A stretch of DNA of 63,767 nt, the filler included, from Folioceros fuciformis (Eukaryota): NCBI GenBank assembly GCA_049999805.1. It is 5 parts of 4 records of this genome, joined end to end, with 100 filler letters (N's around TTAATTAATTAA, not from the genome) between each part and the next. Parts side by side here need not be neighbours in the genome. Positions count along the whole stretch, not along the records: positions 1 to 18,092 come from JBNGIO010005682.1; positions 18,193 to 38,716 come from JBNGIO010005682.1; 3 more parts are not named here. One strand, written 5' to 3'. A program made the translations under genes and the position numbers. This document shows, piece by piece, positions 10,731-21,849 of the stretch. The notes below the pieces were generated by a model. That model made no database searches. It worked only from the letters and a program-made list of their open reading frames with translations, and was not told the origin of the DNA. Positions within the stretch are counted from its first letter, which is position 1; each line of letters starts with the position of its first letter.

Positions 10731-10839
10731 CCAGCACATGCCACGGCAACACCGAAGGTTATCGTCTCTCAACGTTGTGCTGCTATCGGTCGAGCTATGG
10801 ACTTGCACACCGTCACTTGGCTTGTCAGCTTATGCTAGG
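10612..10839 (+). repeat. 113-bp tandem duplication of the DNMT motif IX-X tail
   Basis: CACATGCCAC at 10622 and 10735. Both units are preceded by GGCTTTCCA. Confidence 0.85.
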
Positions 10840-10977
10840 TGTAAACGAAAAAATGTTTAGAAATCCCTTGCCCAAGTGCGAGACTTGGTGTTTTTTTTGC
10901 TTTTGGTAAGTTGGGTGTAAAATCGGCTTAGGTTGGGAATAGGCCGAGTTATTTATACTCAAGACTTCCTTGGGTCT
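10840..10977 (+). mobile_element. Terminal fragment of a third copy of the large TG-ended element (continues at 15072-15220)
   Basis: Aligns to 31777-31920. Its continuation at 15072-15220 aligns to 31916-32040 (GGTGCTACTTG; AAGCCTATA-AAGGA-polyC). Confidence 0.75.
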
Positions 10978-11809
10978 TGTGGAGTAAACTATTGTGTCCG
11001 AGGACACCGCGAGGCCCACACAAACCCTTTATGTCATTGTAGCCATGGGATTCGCTCCCAAGGGAATGATTTGTGCCAAGTAACATAGGTTTCTTCTACT
11101 CCTGACTCTTACCTAGGTTAGGCCCTATCCACTATCGTTTCTACTACCTACTACTCCCTACCGCTACCCCTCAGTTAGCCTAGCTACCGCGGACCCTACT
11201 CTTCGACTCCGGGTCCTACCCTATGACCGCGGTCACTGGTTTCACGACTGGTAGTGGTCTCCACGATCGTGGTGGGTCCCACTCAAAACCCTAACTAATA
11301 TTTACTGGCACAGGCACCACTGCAGGTTTCCACCACGGATTTTTGCCCCAGGGGCTTCTAGATTCACTGATCTGGTCTTATTGGATGCTCCTCACACATG
11401 CAAATGCTAATCCTTCAGAAACAAGACCCTGCGGATCAGCCACACTCTCTCACACACCCATGCATTACTCTCCACACATGCAAAGCACACAAGAACTCTG
11501 GTGTACACTTATTCCTCACAAGTCTGTCTCCAAGTGTCGTCAATCTCCCAACAAAGTCCACAAATCTCCAACGATTCCTTAGCAATCCTTCACAACACCT
11601 CACAAGCTTCCACAATATTCAATAGTCCTTCGCACGCATCCGGAAATCTCTTCAAAATCCTTCAGAACTCACATCCCAGCTTCAGCACTCTTTCTCAATC
11701 ATCTAGCAATTTCTTAGCAATTCTCTTTAGTCTCAACAATCTTGCCGCAATCTCAGCAATCCTCCAAGGTCCTCCTCAATCTCTGAGCTCACTCTTCCGC
11801 AGCCAACGG

Positions 11810-12295
11810 TTCAGGGGATAAGGGAAGGAGAAACTCTCCCTCCACTGCGTGCAACGGGCGGATTCGTCCCCCTCTGCTCGGCTTACGGCTAGTCAGTCTC
11901 CCTCTCACACACTCACTCCTTCACCCTTCTCCTCCTTACCCACTCGCTCTTCACTCGCCCCTTCTCGCTCACTTCAACTCCTTATCTTCTCACACACACT
12001 CTTCTTCACACACGCTTTTCCCCACCGGATTTGAAATGCAGCCAAAGGGTCAGGAAATAAGGGAAGGAGGCGCTCCCCTTCCACCCCGCGCAACTGGCGG
12101 ATTCGTCCCCCTCTTCTCGGCTATGGACCACAGACAGCCGTTCAAGGAATAAGGGAAGGAGAAGTTCTCCCTCCACTCCGCGCATCGGACTGATTCGTCC
12201 CCCTCACCACTCACCGTAGAACACAACTAGCAATGCAGGGAATAAGGGAAGGTGACCTTCCACTCAGCAGGCTCTTGCTGATTCGTCCCCCTTAC
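11810..12295. repeat. Four dispersed ~60-nt modules in copy A
   Basis: Consensus GGAATAAGGGAAGGAG-N4/5-CTCCC(T)TCCAC...GGCGGATTCGTCCCCCT at ~11813, 12053, 12147 and 12238. Confidence 0.8.
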
Positions 12296-12695
12296 CACCA
12301 ATTGTGGAGCAAAAATCTCTCGACCACCCTTATGAGCGTCGCGCACATGCTGCCCACCTAGACATCCCCAATCCAGCTAAGGACAACGCGAGGACCTTGA
12401 CTGAGAAAAGTTGCCAACTTTTGCTGATTAGTGAGGCATCAACATGCCTCTTTGTACACATGCCAGGCGGAATCGTAGCCGCCATTAAGTTCAATCTCAA
12501 GCAGTCATGTGCTCTTAATTATGAGCGGCATCAGGTCAAAGAAAGCATCTTCACTAAATGAAAAGATCTTACTAAATGTTATTATAAGATGCAATGAATT
12601 CTGGCCTATCCTATCGCCGCGCTCGCCTCCTATCTGGCCTTCACGTAACCCTCCCCTTGCCGCCAAATCCCTGGGCCCTCCTTCCTCTTTGCTAG

Positions 12696-14900
12696 TTAGG
12701 CAGATCCTCCCATAAAACCTCTATCTCGCTCTCGCTGCCGCCTGTTGCTGAGGACCATCATGGGTTCTTGCTCCACCCATGCCTGCGCTTCTTCCTCTGT
12801 TAGTTCCTCCAAGACTGCCTCCGAATAACGAGGCAATCCCCACACCCGGAAGTAGTGGGAGAAGCATCCCCTGCGAGTCCTTAGTTGTAGGCAGTACGCC
12901 CTTGTCCCTCCTATTTCCACACGCACATGGACAGTCAGGTTAAGTACACGGTCCCCATTCTCATACAAGCCAAGAACATAAGTTTCCTCATCCAGATGTT
13001 GTAATACAATCTGGCCCCCTACTGCAGATGAGGTGCTTACCCCCTCTTCCCGTGGGCTACCCCAAACTGCCTGTCTTCTGCTCTCCAGGGTACTGGGCTG
13101 CCGCTATTCCCTGCCTCGTCCTCCTTGTGCGAATCACCATCCTAGCTCTTCTGGTTGCGGGCTCCACGACTGCTGCTGCTTCCTCTACCCTGGTAGGGCT
13201 GTCCTCTACTGGCGTGGCCTCCTTCTGATCGGTAGCGGCTTCGGCTACCTTGGTCGCGGACCTGCTACTCCGTTTGACTCTCCCTTTCCCTTTCACCCGG
13301 CTCCGGGCCTCATCGCGTTCCCATTTATAACGGTCTGCGAGTTTCTGAACCTTCTCCACTGCGCCCGCCTCCTGCTCCTGTGCTCTCAACAGCTCATGTT
13401 GCATTTCCTGGTTGGCTTCGTGGACCTCCTTGACTTGAATCAGGAGCAGTTCTTGCTAATCTTTCATGGCCTGCATTTCCTCCCGAGCTCGGTGTCCTTC
13501 CTCCTGCGCCTGTTCCTTTGCTGCACTCAAGGCTTGTCGAGCTTCCTCCACTTGCTCCCGCCTTGCTTCTGCCTTAGACAGCTTGGCCTGCACCTCCTCT
13601 TCTTGCTGCCCTTGCATGCTCCGCCAAGTGAGCGCCCGTGCAGCCTGGTCTAGCATATCTGCCTACGCCTGGACCATGGCCGCTGTCAGGCCTAGTAAAT
13701 CCACCTATTGGGGCGTGCCTCCAGTAGCCATTCCTTTGTCCAGGATCCCCCTTCCCAGCAGTGCGCGTACTCTGGCCAAATCCTCCTCCTGCAAATTCGC
13801 CACCAAGGGGGTGGCCCTGAAGATCTCTTCCCACCCCGAAAAGAGTTCTTCCCCCGGGGTCAGCCCTAACTTCTCTGCCACCTCAGCCGGTTTTGCCCCC
13901 TTCGCTGGCGCTGATTCCTTGGGTTCGGTTGAGGGGGTGCTCGGTTGCCTGTCCCCTGTTTTTCGGGCAGACTCCTGCAGCGTCGAATCTACTGCTGCCC
14001 TGGTAACGTGCGCACTGACCTTCCTCCTCTTCGCGGGGGTCTTTTGTCCGACCCCTGCCTTTCGCTTCCTGCTGACTGTCACCTCCTCCTCTGGACTCCC
14101 CGTTGCTCTAGACTCCTAGCTGCTGGACTCGACCTCCTCCTTGGGCTCCTCCGGCTTCTACTTGACCTCCCGGACAGGCTTCCACATGTGCAGGGAAGCC
14201 ACCACTTCTAACTCTGGCATATTATTAGTATAGGAATACAGATGGACCAGGAAGGGTGAGATCACAAACGGATAGGGGGTCGGAGAAGTCAAATTCTGCC
14301 TCTTCTAGATAATTTTCCCCCAGTCGATCCTGCTCCCCTTGATAACTTCGTGTAGGAACAGCAGCATGTGGTTCGACAGGTAGTCTTGCTTCCTGGGCTG
14401 CAAAAGCATAGGAGCCACCTAGCCAGACCCATGAGCTGGGCGGTCGCCATCTCTTGCGCCAGCCAGTTGTTGGCCTCCCTTCCGATTCCGGATTTGAACA
14501 GTGCCGCTACCGCCACCGTGGTGCTGTGCTTCCTCAGGGACTCAATCACAAGTCCCCCGGCTTCCTCTTGACTCTGCCCATACACTGTCTAATCAACTCT
14601 ACATCTAAGTCTTGGGGTCTCTCCCTGGTCCCTTCTCCTTTGGTCTTGTTCTGCAATCGGTGAGTGCACTCTTGCACTAGAGCGGGGGTCACATGGTTCC
14701 ACCTCTTGGCCATGAACCCGAGGCCTAGCTCCTCTACCAGCCCTCCGACTCTGGCCTTCCAATGGTCCATGTTGGGCCAGAGGGCTACCTCCACCTAGGG
14801 CAACGGCTCAAGCGCGGCATCCCTGAACGACTCTACCTGCGCCACGTATGTGGTTACTCCCTCCATCGGTCTCCGCTCCACAGTCGTCCTGGGTGCCGCC
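12696..14900 (-). pseudogene. Decayed long ORF of unknown function in copy A
   Basis: Fragments VALWPNMDHWKAR, RIDWGK, ISPFLVHLY, RKRK/KRRK, a long heptad region and YENGDRVLNLTVHV join into one frame across stops and frameshifts. Homologous to 32075-34697. Confidence 0.7.
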
Positions 14901-15231
14901 GCCTCTCTTGATACTAGCACAATACCTCTTGAGACCCAAGGAGATCTTGAGCATAATACCCCGGCCGATTCCCAACCTAAGCCGCTTTCGCACCCATCTT
15001 ACCAAAAAAAACAAAAAAAACACCAAGTCTCGCCCTTGGTCAGGGGAATTCTAAACATTTTTCTGTTCACAGGTCCCGAGGTTTTGAGTTTAGGAGTAGG
15101 GTTGACCAATAATTGGTCCGTGGACCAAGTCAAGAGGGGTGCTACTTGTTCCTTGGCCCTCGGTCCTTGAGCAAGTCCTAAAAAGCCTATACAAGGAGCC
15201 CCCCCCCCCCATAGCTTTATGGCTAGATATT

Positions 15232-18092
15232 TGTTGAGTTATCGAGCTCTATATAAGCTAAACTCATGTGGTGTTAGTTATCCCGGTTGGGTTCATACTA
15301 AACTAGTTCTAGTTATTAATGAACTTAAGATAGTGTAGATTATTTCATATTGAACTTGGAAGTTGTGTAGCCCTAAATGTACTACTTAAATGGACACCTC
15401 GGACCTCCATAGTAAGACAGCGGTGATGTGTATTGTTTTTGGTTGTGACCACCAATACCACCCTCTCTTCTCTCCTCTCCTCTCCTACACTTGCACATAG
15501 ACTGGAATCGATCCTATTGACATGGACATGGTATCAGAGCTTGAGAGCCAGATTGCCAAGCATAGCCCAGAGCCGAAGAGCCAGGTGGCTACACATGAGG
15601 GCGGTGCAAGATCGGCGTAGGAGGTGCTGCAAGAGGCAGCAAGAGTGCACACCAAGAGCTGGAGTAGCTACGAGGAGTTGGAGCAGCTTGAAGGGAGATC
15701 GGCAGCAAGCGTCCCGGCAGCTAACTCTCATATTGGTGTGTGCAGGAAGTGAGAAGAAGGGCAACAAGGCCCTATCAGCTTACTGGACGGGATGTTGATC
15801 CCCGAAGCTGTGGAAGGGCTGACAGGTGTAGGCAACAGCTGCAGTAGCCTCAGTAGCTGCAAGAAAGTGTGCTAACCCTAGCTTGGCAGCAGGGAAGGAA
15901 TTGACAAGAAATCTCACGGGAGCTTTGTTGGCAGATCGTCAAGTGTCTGTAAGGACAATCTGATTCATGCAAGGCAGCGTGATTTCGCACCAAATTGCTC
16001 TTAGGAAGAAGAGACTTAAGGTCTTGTGAGTAAAACTCCACTCAGAAGCAATCTCTTTCTTGCAGACATTTATCAGGTGTGAGTACTCAAGAAGGATTGA
16101 GTGTCAACCTTGAGTGGTGGCAAGAATGGCCAGTAACAATATTAACCAGATCGTGCAAGAGAAGCTGGACAAAAACAACTTCCATGCCTGGAAGTTTCGT
16201 TTTACAAACTTTCTTATGGGAAAGGGTTATTGGGACTACATTGAGGGGGAGCATGAAAAACCCCCTGTAGTACTTGAATAGAATGCAACAGCGGAGCAGA
16301 TTAAGGCGCTGAAGGATTGGAATCAAGGATCTCGGAAGGTCATGTATTGGCTGTCAATCAGCATTCATGACACCATGATTGGGCACATATAGGATGCAGA
16401 GTCACCCAAAGAAGCATGGGATGAGTTGGTCAAACTCTATGAGACCAACATGAAGGCAAGGAAACTACAGTTGAAGAATGACTTCAACACAATTATGAAG
16501 AAGAACTTATCAATCAATGAGTATGCGTTAAAGATCAAAGAGATAGTGGAATCCCTTGCGTCCATTGGTGTCAGTGTGGAAGATGACGACAAGGTCGAAG
16601 TTTGCTTACACGGGTTAACACCTGCCTATAAGCAGTTCAAGACTTCCATACAGACTCGAGAAAACATTCCCAATTTCTCAGACCTGATTTCTATGTTGAT
16701 CATAGAGGAGAAAAACCTAGGCGAGGAATCATCCTCTAAGCCTAAGGAAAACTCTGAGCAAGCCTTCTACTCTGGCAGAGGCAGAGGTAGAGCCCAAGGT
16801 GGTAGAGGGCAAAGAGGTGGTAGAGGTAGAAATTCCTACCAAAATCAGCAATAGAATCAGGAGTCCCAGTACAAGAGTACATGTGGAAGAGGAGAAAATT
16901 CTCGAGGCTAGGGGAGTCAAAGAGGACATGGAAATCAACAACAAAATGATGCAAATGCAGACAATAGTGGTTGCTGGACTTGTGGTAGATTAGACCACTT
17001 CAAAAGAGATTGTCCACAGAGAAATCAAGCAACAAGAGGCAGCAGAACAATTATGCCTCAAGCAGCAGTCAGAATGACTCGGACAACTTGTTTGTCATGC
17101 AGCATATGCTTAACTCTGTGTCTGCTAATGGATCTACCAATGGTGAGATTGTGTGGTATGTGGACTCAGGAGCTTCAAACCACATGACATCCCATGGGGA
17201 GTGGTTCAAAGAAATGCAGGTGCTTGACAAACCTGGATATGTGAAAACTGGAGATGACACAACACATGCAATTGTGCATACAAGAACTGTACCTTTGAAG
17301 ATGCAGGATGGCAAAGTGAAGTGCTTGATAGATGTTCTTCACGTACCCAACATCACGAAGAACTTGGTGTTAGTTGGGTAGATGGTTGAGCAAGGACTGC
17401 AGGTTAGGTTTACACCTACAGGACTCTTTGTTGAAGAGTGCAAGAAAGGCGCTCACCTGATTGCTCAAGGGCAGAAGGTTAGACAGATGTTCACCTTGAA
17501 CGTGGAGGTTCCTAAGCTGAAGTCAGCCATGTTTGCGAAGGTTAGGGTACAAAGATAGTGGCAGACTTAGAGATGTGGCACAAACGCATTGGACATGTAA
17601 ATGTGCAGAAGTTGAAGTCCATGCAACATCAGAAGGTTGTCACAGGCATACCCAACCTTACAGAAACTGGACTGCAAGGTGTATTATGTGAAGCATGTCA
17701 ACTTGGGAAACAGCCTAGGAATGCGTTCCCCCATGACAAACATGTCAGCAGATATGTGTTGGATGTTGTGCATTCAGATGTATGGGGTCCTACACAGACT
17801 GCATCAATCGGAGGATGCAAGTACTATGTGACCTTCATTGACGACCACACAAGGAAGGTGTGGGTCTATTTCATGAAAGAAAAAAGTGAAGTGATCACTC
17901 ATTTTCATACTTTCAAGGCGATGGTTGAGAAGCAGACAAGTAGGCACATCAAATGCCTAAGATCTGATGGAGGGGAAGAGTACTTCTCTAGAGAGTTCAG
18001 CAAATTCTTATCAGAACAGGGCATTCAACGGTAGTACTCATGTCATTATACGCCACAACAAAATGGAGTTGCAGAGCGCAAGAACAGGCACA
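15232..18092 (+). mobile_element. Ty1/Copia element, 5' part (truncated by scaffold end)
   Basis: LTR ends ...GACA at 15528; the TGTTGAG start at 15232 is tentative. Perfect PBS TGGTATCAGAGC at 15529-15540. Gag-PR-INT follows. Confidence 0.85.
16126..18092 (+). pseudogene. Copia gag-protease-integrase with multiple stops
   Basis: EKLDKNNFHAWKFR, CWTCGRLDHFKRDC, WYVDSGASNH, WHKRIGH, HSDVWGP, LRSDGGEEY, QQNGVAERKNRH. Confidence 0.9.
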
Positions 18093-18192
18093 NNNNNNNN
18101 NNNNNNNNNNNNNNNNNNNNNNNNNNNNNNNNNNNNTTAATTAATTAANNNNNNNNNNNNNNNNNNNNNNNNNNNNNNNNNNNNNNNNNNNN
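18093..18192. other. Artificial scaffold spacer
   Basis: 44 N + TTAATTAATTAA (stops in all six frames) + 44 N. Confidence 0.97.
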
Positions 18193-18340
18193 TGACCCTC
18201 CATCCACAGCAGCAAGGAACCCCATCGCTCCTTCGTGGGAACGAAACCCAATGTCTCAACGACAATGGGATAAGTGTGGCCACTAAAGGTGGAACCCGTC
18301 GGCAATCAGTGGCCGGGGTTTTGCCTCCACAACACTTCCA
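18193..18340 (+). repeat. Interspersed repeat with inverted copies at ~37390-37513 and ~38615-38716
   Basis: GTGGGAACGAAACCCAATGTCTCAACGACA-TGGGATAAGTGTG recurs as its reverse complement twice. Confidence 0.8.
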
Positions 18341-19699
18341 TAAAAACCTTCCCAGCCGCTCACTACCTACCATGGGCACTTGCCCAGAAACCTACCTTCC
18401 ACATGCCTCCCTTTGAACTGTTCTGAACAAAAAGAAACCAAGTTAGACTTTCCTAGACCGATTACCAAACTTTTACATTCCACATCATAGAATCATGCTC
18501 TAGAAGTACTTGAGAAAAAGGAAAAGAATGCCAAATAGGCGTTGAGTGAAAGTTGTGCAGAGTTGGAGTCAAAGCTACACTTGCGAGAAAAAGGAAAGTC
18601 GATGCTTGTGGAGGAAGACAGTGAAAAGGAGAAGTGACAGCAAACTTTGCGAAGACTTATTTTAGGAGAATCTAGACCTCACAATTGGACTTAGCTCAAA
18701 GTCTTTTGTGAATATTTGATAATTCTCAGAAATCATTTTCCAAACGTAGAAAGTTTAATAAAAGGTTTGGAGAGAAAAAGTGGGGAGCAAAACTTAGTGT
18801 GGAATTCCTCAGGACGTCAAGTCTTAGAAGTGGTGTATTTCACTTTGTTTCCTTGTTGGTTTGGATACAAACTAGTGTAAAAGTTGGATTAAATTGAAAG
18901 TTTGCAAGTTTTTATTCTAAGTTGTTGGTAGACTGGTGTAAAACTTTTTAGTATGAGAAGACCCATAGCTAAAAGTGTTAGGATGACTCGAGCTAGTACT
19001 AGGCAAACACGTTTATCATCAAAGTTTAGCAATAGAATGGGAGATGATGGAGTTAATAGGTCAACTTAGAGTATGGCTGTGGGAAAAAGAAGAGATAAAG
19101 GATTCAAAAGAGGTGTAGGGCGACCAAGGTTGACTAAAAGAAGAGAGGAGAGCAGGAAACTGGAGGGAACACTTGCAGCAGATGGTGGGCCCAGGAAGAG
19201 GATAGAATTCCATTTACAATGAGTGGACGAGATAGAAGTGGGAGGGAAGAACGAGAGAATATGGAGCTTGATCGTGAACTTGGTAATAGACGTAAGAACT
19301 TTGAAGGGGTTGGCAAGGGAGGAGAAAAGTTATGGTTGACAGCTGAGGAGTTGAGGCATTTGTGTCTTGAAAGAGGTCTTGTGATTAAAGACCGAGACCT
19401 TGTGATGGATGTGCAGAATTGAACGGTGGAGGCTACTCTTGCAGTGCCGCAACCTAAAGGTGTGGATAGAAGGGTGAAAGTGATAAATAGACAAGAAAAT
19501 CAAATGTTGAATTCACGACCAGAAAAAGTTTTTGGAGTGGATAAGAACGGTAGAGGTGGGGTAGCGCTACCTGTCAAAAGTGAAAAATATTTAGGACATC
19601 CAAAGTCTTCAATTTCTATTAACTAGTTAATGTGTTTTTTTTATATGGTTAAGTTGCAAGATTGTGGAGGGGAGGATGTTGAGTTGGATCCTTGGTATG

Positions 19700-21000
19700 A
19701 GTATACTCTGTTAAGAAATTTGTTAAGTGGAGATGCTTAAAAGTTTTATGAACTTGATAGTAAATAGTAAGCATGCTAAACCCATGAAGGAATTTTTCAA
19801 TCGATTAGAGATAAGGTTTCCATCAGTAAATGCTATAAAGATAGAAGAGTTGGCCAACTTGAAAAGAAGGCCTAATGAGACCGCGCTCATGTTTCACAAT
19901 CGAACTAGTCACTTGGTAATGGATACATGAATGCATAATGAGATGGAAATGTGTTTTAAATATGTTTGTAATTTGGATGAAGATATTGGGGAAGATGTGT
20001 TTAGAGAGTTGACATCATTATATGGAAAAACATAAATGTTGGAACAAGTTTTTCCAATTGCAGAGAAGCATGAGCAAGCAAGAGCATTGTTGAAAGCCAT
20101 GGGCAGGAAAGTTGGGGGAGATAGAAAGGGAGGTACATTTTTTACGGCGACACCTAGATACAATTATTTGGCCAGATCGAGACCAAGTTGGCAGTAGCAA
20201 ACAACACTAGGAGGATGGATAACAAATATATGAAGCTTGTTTTGAATGTGGAATCGGACAAAGGGATCAAATGTTTGAGGTGTGGGAGTGGTGCACATGT
20301 GATGATGGAATGCATGGTGAAAAAGGATGTAACTTGTAACCATTGTGGGAAAGGACGCTTGGAGAGGGTGTGTTAGCAGAAGCACTCCTCTCTCAGTCCT
20401 ACCAAGCTTGGACAAAGAGGGCAAAATGTTAAAAATGTCAAGCAGGTGCAAAAGGCTGGAAGGAGTCGGGTAGTGGGAACAAGTGAGGAGGTGATAAGCA
20501 ACCGTGTGGATAAGTCTCACAAAATGTTAGAATTGCGTATAGCAAATCTAAAAGCTAATATAGACAAATTGAAGGCTGCTAGTATTCAGAATGGGGTTAA
20601 AATCAAGGAAGTTAAGACTGTGGAAAAGAAGAAAGGAATGAATGAGCAGGAGGAGGCTTACAAAGAGTTTCAGTTGGATGCTTTTGTTTGTGAAATAGAG
20701 TATGAGAAGACTATGAATGTGTGGGGCATGTGGAAGACGGTCAATGCAAGGCTTGGAGGCAAGAGCATGGATCATGGAAGGAAAAATGCTTCAGGGAGAA
20801 AGTACCCTGAGTCATTTTAGGTTATGGATGTGGACCTAAACAATTTTAACACAAGGATGAGGGAGAAGACTGCAAGAGTGTTGGATCAGCATCGAGGTAA
20901 AAAGGTAACAGCCTTGCAGGGGGACTTGATCTTTTGTGTTTAAAATTGGTTGGAGTTATTTAGTAAGGCAAGAATAACAGAAGCAAAAATCCAAGAACTT
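19700..21000 (+). pseudogene. Decayed Gypsy-type gag with two zinc knuckles
   Basis: RFPSVNAIKIEELANLKRRPNETALMFHNR (gag MHR-like), then CLRCGSGAHVMMEC and CNHCGKGRLERVC. Boundaries are approximate. Confidence 0.65.
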
Positions 21001-21004
21001 TTGC

Positions 21005-21849
21005 AAGCCCAAGCTTTTTATTTCTCTGTTTGCTTGTTATACCCTCCACATAGGTGAAATCCGTATCAAAGCCCATTGCCCTCTCTCACTGGGTGACAGA
21101 ACATCCCACATATTCTTCGTGCTGTCAAATACCATTCCAGGTCCATCTCTTTTGAATGCATTAGCGTTTTCAAAGCTGACAAATGTCAGTAACGCCCTTC
21201 TAGGCTCACCCTTTTTACTTACACAATAAAAAGGATGTCTATCATCTAAAACCACCCGCCTACTTCTACGCCCTTCTTCCAAAATTTGATCCACTATAAA
21301 CTCCTCACTCCTTTGCCACTGATTTGCATGTCTTTGCAACAAATGCTTAGGCATCATGTTGTTCCAAAAACAACAAAGTTTGTGAGCCCTTGATCCAAAT
21401 TGCACTGCATCCAACTTTATAGGCTCTCCTAGATCATACTTAATCTCCTCAAAATCTTGTCTCAGCAACACCCTCTTATAGATGTGAGAGTCCACATTCT
21501 CAACTAAATACCCACATTTTGTCTTTTGACACCCTTGTATCAAATTGAGAATCCTTACCAACTCATAAAATAATACATATCTATAATCCATTAACCCTTT
21601 TCCTCTTCTTGTCATTGAGTGTCCCTGACACTCCCAACCCACCACTACAAGATCAATTTCTTCCACCATATGAAATTGCACCAATCCAATAAGCCTAACA
21701 TCTTGTGACCAAGTGGAAAATGCCTTCTTTACAGCCTCAATCTTCAACTACATTGGATACTTTTTACACAGCTTAAACAATTTGGCCTTTGCAATTGTCT
21801 GACAAACTTCATCTAGATCACAATAAATGTAACGTTTAATTGCATATCC
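21005..21849 (-). pseudogene. Dnmt3-like C5 cytosine methyltransferase, copy 2, C-terminal part (motifs II-X)
   Basis: GYAIKRYIYCDLDE; QDVRLIG; IDLVVVGWECQGHS; YLVENV; RAHKLCCFWNN. After a frameshift in a GA run: ERAMGFDTDFT and QRNKKLG. Confidence 0.88.

Larger units (their letters stand above)
10978..15071 (-). mobile_element. 4.1-kb TG...CA element with 5-bp TSD (putative giant solo LTR containing an ORF), copy A
   Basis: Starts TGTGGAG and ends GTTCACA. Flanks are GGTCT (10973-10977) and GGTCC (15072-15076). Colinear in reverse with 31777-36541 except for a ~450-bp deletion. Confidence 0.8.

Noticed and set aside
11810-12295. Hammerhead ribozyme / retrozyme repeats (GGACGAA on the minus strand)
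   Set aside because: No CUGANGA core or GAAA-NUH arrangement was found in the modules.
10840-15071. Apparent 140-bp terminal inverted repeats suggesting a TIR DNA transposon (MULE/Ginger) or DIRS element
   Set aside because: Better explained by nesting. Copy A (10978-15071) has its own TG...CA ends and 5-bp TSD, the outer pieces rejoin into another copy, and copy B has no such inverted ends.
18093-18192. TTAATTAATTAA palindrome, repeated four times in the window
   Set aside because: It is always centred in 88 Ns and gives stops in all six frames, so it is an assembly linker. Adjacency across these spacers has no biological meaning.
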